This document shows, piece after piece, positions 1 through 15,300 of a stretch of DNA of 64,000 nucleotides (position 1 is its first letter; every line of letters begins with the position of its first letter). Source of the DNA: the human T2T-CHM13v2.0 reference genome, Homo sapiens. The position numbers and the translations under genes are program-made. The stretch lies in the NCBI RefSeq assembly GCF_009914755.1, contig NC_060928.1; one strand, 5' to 3'. The notes beneath the pieces were generated by a model. It did no database searches and was not told the origin of the DNA. It saw nothing but the letters and a program-made list of their open reading frames with translations.

Positions 1-140
1 CTACTTGGGAGGCTGAGGCAGGAGAATGGCGTGAACGTGGAAGGCAGGGCTTTCAGTGAGCCGAGATTGCACCACGGCACTCCAGCCTGGGCGACAGAGT
101 GAGACTCTGTCTCAAAATAAATACATAAATACATACAAAT
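1..140 (+). mobile_element. Alu (AluY-like) 3' part with A-rich tail, truncated by the window edge
   Basis: GGAGGCTGAGGCAGGAGAATGGCGTGAAC...CACTCCAGCCTGGGCGACAGAGTGAGACTCTGTCTC followed by an AAATAC-type tail. Confidence 0.9.
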
Positions 141-290
141 ACAAAATTAGCCAGGTGTAGTGGCGCATGCCTGTAATCCCAGCTACTCGGGAAGGCTGAG
201 TCAGGAGAATCGCTTGAACCCGGGGGGCGGAGGTTGCGGTGAGCCGAGATCGTGCCATTGCACTCTAGCCTGGGCATCTCAAAAAAAAAG
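141..290 (+). mobile_element. Alu right arm; the host of the preceding Alu, which sits in its A-rich linker
   Basis: ACAAAATTAGCCAGG...GAATCGCTTGAACCCGGG...GCCTGGGCA + poly(A). Confidence 0.85.
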
Positions 291-603
291 AAATTGCAAA
301 GTTAGGCACACTTGTGAGTGGCCCTGGCTAGGAGGGAGACGTGTGTAAATGACGATGTGGAGGACTAGTGGTGGCCACTCACAAGAGTCTGCGCGCCATA
401 CTAAGACACACCGGGGCCCCTCTGCCAAAACGAGGCTGACCCCGAAGATGTCCTGCCGTGGTCCCATCCAGCAGCTGTGATGAGAGGAGACAGCAGGACC
501 GAGGGGCAACCCACAGAACTCTGGGCTGGAGGGCATTGGTCCTTCTCCCAGGGAGGTTTCTGTCCACATGGAGTGACCAGACATTCACAAAAGAATTCAC
601 TAA

Positions 604-957
<354 letters not shown>

Positions 958-1499
958 CTGAATATTATTTTTAAGAGACTTTTGTCTCTCTCTCTCTTTT
1001 TTTTAAATTAATTATACTTTAAGTTTTGGGATACATGTACAGAACGTGCAGGTTTGTTACATAGGTATACACGTGCCGTGGTGGTGGCACATGTATGGGT
1101 GGCACCCATCATCTACATTAGGTATTTCTCCTGATGCTATCCTTCCCCTAGCCCCACACCCCTGACAGGCCCTGGTGTGTGATGTCCCCTTCCCTGTGTC
1201 CATGTGTTCTAATTGTTCAATCCCCACTTATGAGTGAGAACATGCAGTGTTTGGTTTTCTGTTCCTGTGTTAGTTTGCTGAGAATGATGGTTTCCAGCTT
1301 CATCCATATCCCTGCAAAGGACATGAACTCATCCTTTTTTATGATTGCATAGTATTCCATGGTGTATATGTGCCACATTTTCTTTGTCCAGTCTATCATT
1401 GCTGGGCATTTGAGTTGTTTCCAACTCTTTCGTATTGTGCATAGTGGTGCAGTACACATATGTGTGCATGTGTCTTTATCATAGAATGTTTATAATCCT

Positions 1500-5339
<3,840 letters not shown>

Positions 5340-5399
5340 TATGATGCTGGCTGGTTATTTTGCCCGTTAACTGATGCAGTTTCTTCATAGTGTCGATGG

Positions 5400-6725
<1,326 letters not shown>

Positions 6726-9700
6726 CTTTGTGGATTTATCTACGTTTGGTCCTTGATGTTGGTGACCTTCAGATGGCGTTTTCATGTGGATGTCCTTTTT
6801 GTTGATGTTGATGCTATCCCTTTCTGTTTGTTAGTTTTCCTTCTAACAGACAGGCTCCTCTGCTGCAGGTCTGTTGGAGTTTGCTGGAGGTCGACTCCAG
6901 GCCCTGTTTGCCTGGGTATCACCAGCAGAGGCTGCAGAACAGCAAAGATCGCTGCCTGTTCCTTCCTCTGGAAGTTTCGTCCCAGAGGGGCACCTGCCAG
7001 ATGCCAGCTGGAGCTCTCCTATATGAGGTGTCTGTTGACCCCTGCCGGGAGGTGTCTCCCAGTCAGGAGGCACAGGGGTCAGGGACCCACTTGAGTTGGC
7101 TGTCTGTCCCTCAGCAGAGCTTGAGTGCTGTGCTGGGAGATCCACTGCTCTCTTCAGAGCCAGCAGGTAGTAACTTCAGTCTGCTGAAGTTGTGCCCACA
7201 GCCAACCCTTCCCCCAGGTGCTCTGTCCCAGGGAGATGGGACTTTTATCTATAAGCCCCTGACTGGGGCTGCTGCCTTTCTTTCAGAGATGCCCCGCCCA
7301 GGGAGGAGGAATCTAGAGAGGCAGTCTGGCTACAGTGGCTTTGCATAGCTGCGGTGGGCTCTGCCCAGTGTGAACTTCCTGGCAGCTTTGTTTACACTGT
7401 GAGGGGAAAATGGCCTACTCAAGCCTCAGTAATGGTGGATGCCCCTCCCCCCACCAAGCTCCAGCATCCCAGGTCGACTTCAGACTGCTGTGCTGGCAGC
7501 AAGAATTTCAAGCCAGTGGATCTTAGCTTGCTGGGCTCCATGGGGGTGGGATCTGCTGAGCAAGACCACTTGGCTCCCTGGCTTCAGCCCCCTTTCCAGG
7601 GGTGTGAAGGGTTCTGTCTTGCTGGCATTCCAGGCGCCACTGGGGTATCAGAAAAAACTCCTGCAGCTAGCTCAGTGTCTGCCGAAACGGCTGCCCAGTT
7701 TTGTGCTTGAAACCCAGGGTCCTGGTGTCATGGGCAGCCAAGGGAATTTCCTGGTCTGTGGATTGCGAAGACCGTGGGAAAAGCGTAGTATTTGAGCTGG
7801 AATGCACTGTTTCTCAAGCCACAGTCCCTCATGGCTTCCCTTGGCTAGATGAGGGAGTTCCCCGACTCCTTGCACTTCCTGGGTGAGGCAACACCCCACC
7901 CTGCTTTGGCTCGCCCTCCGTGGGCTGCACCCACTGTCTAACCAGTCCCAGGGAGATGAGCCAGGTACCTCAGTTGGAAATGCAGAAATCATCCACCTTC
8001 TGCGTTGATCTCACTGGGAGCTGCAGATCGGAGCTGTTCCTATTCGGCCATGTTGCCTGTCACCCTGACATTTGTCTCTTTACGAACACAGTATTTCTGT
8101 CTGTTGAAGCTTCACCGGGGAGAGACCTCCTTTACTCAGTTTGATTCATTAACACTCAGCATTGCTGAGCAGTCATTGTGCCGGGCACATGCCCAGTGCT
8201 ATTGTGCGTACATCTCATCTCATTCTCAAAGTAACCCTGAGAGATAGGTCATTTTCCCCCGGCTGGAGCAGAGGAATAGGGAGCTCAGACAGGGCGGCTC
8301 GCGAGAACGAGGTTGTGCGTGGCCGAGCCCTGATTTGGACAGAAGCGCACTGCCTTCCTCACTGAGTCTTTGGTCACAGCAGTCAGCCCCGGCCTCTGTG
8401 CAGGGGGACGCTCTGAACGTCCTTACTGTGCTTGTGTGTAGGGCTTGGGGTTTCTGACAGAAATTCTCTTTCTCCATAAACCTTGAGGGTTTCCTGTGCA
8501 GGTGTGGTCACAGGCCGGAGGGTGAAAATGCTGACTGCCCTGGCATGTGCCCAGGTCCCATCAGGAATGGCTGGTGCAGCCTGTACTTCTCTTGGTAGCC
8601 CGCTGACAAAGGCGGTCTTGTTTTTGTCAAAGATGGGGCAGTCTTAAAATGAATACAAATAAGCGGCTCAAGTTTGAGACCCTCACGGAGCAGGTGGTTT
8701 CAAATGTCAGGCTTTGAAAAGGAAATGTTGAGAACTAATGAGAGAAGCAGGTCTCCAAAGCCTATTCCTTGAGGGCTTTTGGGCATCAGCTGCTTTTCCC
8801 CCAAGCTCCCTGCTGCCAGCTCTCTTGTCCACTAGGCTCTGAGCAGCCTTGGTGCTGGCACCAAGAAGAACCAGGGGCACAGGGACCCCTGCCAGGAGGC
8901 TCCCGCCAGCATCCTCAGGGCCGTAAGCTCCAACTCAGGTTTTTACTGAAACCTCAGTGTGCTTCTCAGTCCTCCGGGGTCAGCCTTGCTGGAGCCACCT
9001 TGTTGTGTGGGACTGACTGTTGCTCTCCTGGGCCGTCGTCATCCTGGGAGCTAGGCACTCCTCCTAAGAGGACCTCTTCACCGGTTTTTGTCTCGTTCTA
9101 GACCAGCCACTGCATTACGTAGTTGTGACTGAAATTTGAGTTGCTGAATTGTTTTTCAGTGTCACACCGCTATTTACTATTCAGGCCGCCACACACACCA
9201 GGCCCTGCTGCTGGTTGTCTCCCTCCAGTGAAGCTTTGTCTGAGCCATTGCTGTAATTACCTGCCTTAGAGCGAGAACTGGAGGTAGTCAGCTTGAGCTG
9301 TGGGTCATGTGGCCTCCTCCTAGTTTCTGTGCACATGTACACAGACATGTGTCTGCCCTTTGGAGTCTCCTGGGATCTGAGTAACCTGGATTGTTTTTAA
9401 AAACAAGTCAAACAAGATATGTGGAGTTTCCCCCCGATGTGTGAGGCTCCTTCAGCAGGGCTGTGATGGCAGCTGAGTGGATGGGGACAGGCTCTGGCCG
9501 TGCTCTGTGATCACAGAGCTGTCAGCAGGAGAACCCACAGGAGGTCTGATCTGGCCCTTGGCATGGGCTGAGGGGAGAATGTGCCACAGGTAAAATGCAG
9601 GCTGGCTGCCAGAGGTCAGCACCTTTTCCCGGTTGAGGCTGTATGCTCACTCAGCTAGGTGGTATGGCGGCCTTTTTATGGACACCTGGCTTCTGGAAGG

Positions 9701-10476
9701 TAGCTGCCAACGTGGTACTTGGGGAGGCGAGCCAGCTGTTAGGGTGGGAGCAGAGGCCCTGGGAGCTCAGAAGGATGATGATAGCTGCTGGTTCAAAATA
9801 CGGACCTGCTGATCCTAAGCTATGAATCTTAAACTTCTGAAATAAAGACAGAGATGGAAGGAGTTAGAATAGTGCTGGTCCATATTTTCCCCGAAATGAG
9901 AAGTAGACTTGGAATCCTTTTCTATATCCAGGATCCTAGTTCCTGCATTTTTTCCTCTGGTTCTTATTAGCATTTTTCACTTTAAAAAGTAAAAATACGT
10001 ATTACAGTTGCCAAGTTTAAATTATTGGGATAAAATGCCCTACCACAGAATTAAAACCAAAATAATGCTCATGTGATGTCCCTTAAGGTGGTGAGTGGGT
10101 TCAGGACCCTCAGCCACCTGCTCAGCAGGGAGAAGGCAGGGAGGGAGGGGTCCCTACTCGCACAGGACAGCGGGGGACAGGCCAGGGCATACCATTCGAG
10201 TCCATCACAGAAGTGGCTCTGGCAGACTCTCTTTGGAATAAGAATAGAAATAAGTTTTGTATCTGAAGTTGGTTAAGTTTCTCTGAAATTCGCATCAGTC
10301 AACACCCAGGTCACAGCTTCCTTTATCCTCTCTTGGAGAGGATCAGGGAAAGGGTTGAGAGAGCCCTGCCTTCTCAGAGGGCGGCCGAGCGGGCTGCCCC
10401 ATCTGCCATGGAGGCAGGTACAGGCTCATGGCGTGGCGTCCACAGCTCCTACCATATCCTTCTTGCTTCTCTGCAG

Positions 10477-10575
10477 AGAATCTGGACGAGGCTAGAGAAC
10501 AGAAAGAAAAGAGTCCTCCAGACCAGCCTGCGGTCCCCCACCCGCCTCCCAGCACTCCCATCAAGCTGGAGGAAG
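10477..10575 (+). CDS. ADD1: Alpha-adducin internal coding exon (ENLDEAREQKEKSPPDQPAVPHPPPSTPIKLEE)
   Basis: Pyrimidine tract + CTGCAG acceptor, AAG/GTGAGC donor; translation matches the alpha-adducin tail; phase 1 at both ends. Confidence 0.96.
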
Positions 10576-11104
10576 GTGAGCTCTGGGTGGCAGCGGCCGC
10601 CACTGTGGGAGGGTGCACGGCTCGTGCGCGCTGTGGCGGAATGTGGCGGGAGTCGTGTTAACAGCAACACGGAAGTGTGTGCTTGCATCAGCGCCAGGAC
10701 GTGACACCTTTCTCCTCCTATATTGCTTCTGTCCTGGGTAACTCCAGGCAAAACAGATTTGTATGTGAGCTGTGACCAGGTAGGAAGGCCGGCCTCGGGG
10801 GTCGGAACCCACCATGGTTGCTGGTGTCCACGTTGCCCATTGCTCGCACACTCCTCGTGCTGTGTTGTCATGCAGATGCCACCTTCGGAGGTGCCCTCCG
10901 CTGTGTGAGCCACACGCCGGCTGCCTCTCAGCCACCGTGTGTCTGTGGTGTGTGATCCCGGGTGTCTGTCCCTCGGTCTCGTACATCCATGTCTCTCGTG
11001 AAGCCCGTGGCCCTGCCTTTCTTCTTCTGTAACCTGATGGCTGTGACTGAATGCATAGATTCTCTCCTTGTGCTTTTTTCTCCCTGTGGCTGCGTCACAA
11101 GCAG

Positions 11105-11138
11105 GAGACGGATGCGCTAGAGAGTACCTGTTACCCTA
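11105..11138 (+). CDS. ADD1: Alpha-adducin 34-nt alternative cassette exon (GDGCAREYLLP*, short C-terminus)
   Basis: Long pyrimidine tract, GCAG acceptor, TA/GTAAGT donor; encodes the known alternative ADD1 C-terminus. Confidence 0.9.
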
Positions 11139-12633
11139 GTAAGTACCGCGCTGCCTCCGCTCTCCACCGGTGCCCTGCGCTTTGCCTCATTCTCCTGCTT
11201 CTTTGTTGTTTATTAAGTTTTGTTTTCTGTTTATTTAAAATAAAAACAGAAGCCCCCCTTTTTTGTACCCAGTCCCTTGGAGGCCTTCCTGGAAGTGGTT
11301 CAGTCACCTGAGTGCTGTGCTGCCTTCAGCGGCAGCGGGTACCTCCACGCACCTAGGTGCCATGGAGCACTCTGGGCCTCAGGAGTTCCTACCTCCAGCC
11401 TTTGAGGGTCTCTTTGGATTGCTTGGTGGGAGGGTTTTGCCACACTGGATCAGATGTAAGTGCAGCCTCGGTTCAGACAGGGTGGGGTTCTGCCACCTGC
11501 CGTGTGGGGTCAGATTGCCTTGGACCTTTGCTGAAGCTGGTCCAAAGGAGGTGGGCAGAGGAGCGGATATTGGACCCTCGTAAAGCAGTGTGATGTTCAC
11601 TCAGATGATGGCAGCTCTCCAGAGCGAGTGCCCTGGGGCAGCCTCCGTCCTAGCATCAGCCACACCATGCCCAGCAGAGCGGGCCCCATCTCCTCAGGGG
11701 GAGCGGCGCCTGTGTGCCCATAGCCCTTTCCCGGTTCTCATGAAGCGTGGCCTGGAATCAGCCTGGGGCAGCTGGCAGGGTGGGGGTGCTTCCAGCTTCC
11801 CAAAGGTAAAGCACTGAGAGTTTGGGGCCTGGGCCTCCTGTGCTGCTCCTAACCACTCAGCTGACTCCCCTGGCCCTGATGTGTGGCTTGATTTTTAAAC
11901 ACTAAACAGCTTGTGGTGCCTAACCTGTCAGTTGCTGGTAACTTTGTAGGCCGTTTACGAATGGACAGAGCGGGTGCCCGGGTAAGTGCAAGGAAGGCGC
12001 CCCCAGGCTGTGTCCTCAGGGCCGCTGTGCTCCTTCACAGATGGCCACTCCTGATGCTGGGTGGAGTTTTTGCCCCCACTCCTTGCCTTACAGGCCATCT
12101 CTTTCCTTTTAATTAACTTCCAGCCTAAACGGCTTTGTTCTTTTGGATGTTGACGTCACACAACGTGCTGTGGGAGTTATGCACGATTTTCTACTGGCTG
12201 TTTTGGGGGAGACCAGGTGTTGTAGACCCAAATTTAGACTTAATTTCAGTACTACTAGTACATGCCCTTAGGGTGACAGGGCAGACTTCTCGTCACATAA
12301 TGAAAGCGGGACGTCGCTCCTTTAGTCGTCCTCAGCTTGTGCTGCAGTCTGTCTTTCCGGCGGGGGGACCCAGGCCTGGGACGGAGTCTGGTGTTGTCAG
12401 CACACTGCCCACCAGAAGGAGCTAAAAACTACCCCGAGACTGAGTCTGTATTTTATGATATTAGCTCCATCCAGCCGTACAGTAGAGTAGACCATATTTT
12501 AAGTTTCTTGTCTTGGTAAAAATCTGTAGAGTAAAATAAAATGGCAGTTTCGTGTGTGGGGCTCCCCCATCTCAAGCTGCCCTTTGAGATCTGGGCAGGA
12601 ACCCTTAATCCCATCTCTCACCTCACCCACTAG

Positions 12634-12986
12634 ACCTTGTGCCGGAGCCGACTACTGGAGATGACAGTGATGCTGCCACCTTTAAGCCAACTCTCCCCGA
12701 TCTGTCCCCTGATGAACCTTCAGAAGCACTCGGCTTCCCAATGTTAGAGAAGGAGGAGGAAGCCCATAGACCCCCAAGCCCCACTGAGGCCCCTACTGAG
12801 GCCAGCCCCGAGCCAGCCCCAGACCCAGCCCCGGTGGCTGAAGAGGCTGCCCCCTCAGCTGTCGAGGAGGGGGCCGCCGCGGACCCTGGCAGCGATGGGT
12901 CTCCAGGCAAGTCCCCGTCCAAAAAGAAGAAGAAGTTCCGTACCCCGTCCTTTCTGAAGAAGAGCAAGAAGAAGAGTGACTCCTGA
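12634..12986 (+). CDS. ADD1: Alpha-adducin last coding exon, with MARCKS-related basic domain SPSKKKKKFRTPSFLKKSKKKSDS*
   Basis: CACTAG acceptor; ORF 12639-12986 ends in the adducin MARCKS-like motif. Confidence 0.98.
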
Positions 12987-14530
12987 AAGCCCTGCGCTAA
13001 CACTGTCCTGTCCGGAGCGACCCTGGCTCTGCCAGCGTCCCCGGCCACGTCTGTGCTCTGTCCTTGTGTAATGGAATGCAAAAAAGCCAAGCCCTCCGCC
13101 TAGAGGTCCCCTCACGTGACCAGCCCCGTGTAGCCCCGGGCTGACCCAGTGTGTGCTCAGCAGCCCCACCCCACCCTGCCCCTTGTCCTCTCAGAGCCTC
13201 AGCTTCTGGGGGAGACATGCTCTCCCCACAGGGGGGAGGCACTAAGTCATGGTCCTGGCTGGAAGGTACTGAAGGCTTCTGCAGCTTTGGCTGCACGTCA
13301 CCCTCCTGAGCCTCACCTTTCCTGCCGTCCCTCCTGTTGTGAAATCACCACATTCTGTCTCTGCTTGGCTTCCCCTCCACCCTAAAGTCTCAGGTGACGG
13401 ACTCAGACTCCTGGCTTCATGTGGCATTCTCTCTGCTCAGTGATCTCACTTAAATCTATATACAAAGCCTTGGTCCCGTGAAAACACTCGTGTGCCCACC
13501 AGCGGCCTTGAAGAGGCAGGTCTGGGCCAGATGCTGGGCAGGAAACCCCAGCGGCAGATGGGCCTGTGTGCACCCAACGTGATGCTATGCATGTCTGACC
13601 GACGATCCCTCGACCAGAATCAGATTCAGGAGCTCAGTTTCTTTTTCACTTGGGTCTCTGGATTCCTGTCATAGGGAAGGTATATCAGGAGGGGAAGAGG
13701 CCTTTCTAGAATTTTCTTTGAGCAGGTTTACAATTTAGCTTACATTTTTCGACTGTGAACGTGAATAGGCTGCTTTTTGCTTTCTTCTTTCCAGACCCCA
13801 CAGTAGAGCACTTTTCACTTATTTGGGGGAGGCTTCAGGGGACTGTTCTCACCTTAACTCAGCCAGAAAGATGCCCTAGTTGTGATCAAAGGTAACTCGA
13901 GGTGGAGGGTAGCCCTGGGGCCCCTCGACATCACCGTCATTGATGGAGCCTGAACCGTGTGCTCCTCGGCAGATGCTGTTGTTGTTACTTCCCTCCAAGA
14001 GGCTGGAAAAGGGCTCAGAGCTGCTGAGCAGGAACCGGAGGGTGACCCATTTCAGGAGGTGCCGGTACCAGCCTGACTAGGTACAGGCAAGCTTGTGTGG
14101 GCCCAACAGGCCCTTGGTAGAGCTGGTGCCAGATGTGGGCTCAGATCCTGGGCATGATGGGCCGAGCCACCTCGGATCCCACTGATTGGCCAGCCGAGCG
14201 AGAACCAGGCTGCTGCATGGCACTGACCGCCGCTTCCAGCTTCCTCTGAGCCGCAGGGCCTGCTACGCGGGCAAGCGTGCTGCCTCTCTTCTGTGTCGTT
14301 TTGTTGCCAAGGCAGAATGAAAAGTCCTTAACCGTGGACTCTTCCTTTATCCCCTCCTTTACCCCACATATGCAATGACTTTTAATTTTCACTTTTGTAG
14401 TTTAATCCTTTGTATTACAACATGAAATATAGTTGCATATATGGACACCGACTTGGGAGGACAGGTCCTGAATGTCCTTTCTCCAGTGTAACATGTTTTA
14501 CTCACAAATAAAATTCTTTCAGCAAGTTCC
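12987..14530 (+). other. ADD1: ADD1 3'UTR
   Basis: Follows the stop codon and ends after AATAAA at 14507-14512 with U/GU-rich sequence downstream; end is approximate. Confidence 0.8.
14507..14512 (+). terminator. ADD1 polyadenylation signal AATAAA
   Basis: Canonical hexamer with upstream TGTA elements and downstream T-rich sequence. Confidence 0.8.
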
Positions 14531-15045
14531 TTGTCTAAATCTGGGAAGCAGTTTTATATTTTAATTTCTTTGTTCCCATGTTTGTCTCGTGCTGAAAAGA
14601 GACCTCCTAATGTTCATGTCTTGATAAAATGTCACCTGCAGCCACGCGTGCGGCAGGACGTGCCACCCAGCACTCCTGGTGTCCCTCTCCACGGGAACTC
14701 AGGGTGTCCAGGGAACTGCTGGCCTGTCCTTGTCCCCATGGTCCCAGTCTCACTGTCACTGTGTGCTCATGTTTGATGGGGAGGGCTCTGTGCTGGGGAC
14801 ATCCTGCCAGGGTGCGGGGCACACTGCCAGATACCACCTGGCCAGGGCTGACCCCAGCCTTGGAGGAGCCTGCCTGAGTGAGTCCCCAGGCTGCCACTGT
14901 GCAGAGGGGGAAACTGAGGGTCTCAAAGAGCCTTGGACCCTTCCGGTCAGTGGAGCCATTCATTCAGCTCCAGCTGCCTTTCCTGGTGTGGGTAGAAGCA
15001 CGGCTATATATGGCGAAAGGCACTTGGTATAAAACAAACAGGTGC

Positions 15046-15051
15046 TTTATT
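15046..15051 (-). terminator. MFSD10 polyadenylation signal AATAAA
   Basis: TTTATT on + strand, 250 nt past the MFSD10 stop, followed on - by GTTTGTTTT. Confidence 0.8.
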
Positions 15052-15300
15052 TCATCATCAGAAACCTGGTGCATAGTTTAAAAAACAAACAGAAGCCCTG
15101 ACAGCCTTGGAGTGCTGCAGCTCGGAGTCACTGAAGGAGTAAGTAAGTCTGGAGGAGCTGCCTGAGCTTCCTGCTTAGGGGCCGGCCCCCACCCACAGGG
15201 TCTCCCTGGACTGGCGGGGGGTGGGGGTCAGGCAGTGGGCAGGGGCCTGACCTAGGCTCCCACTCTGCCTGGTGCCCACAGCCTGGGCACAGTGGCTCAG

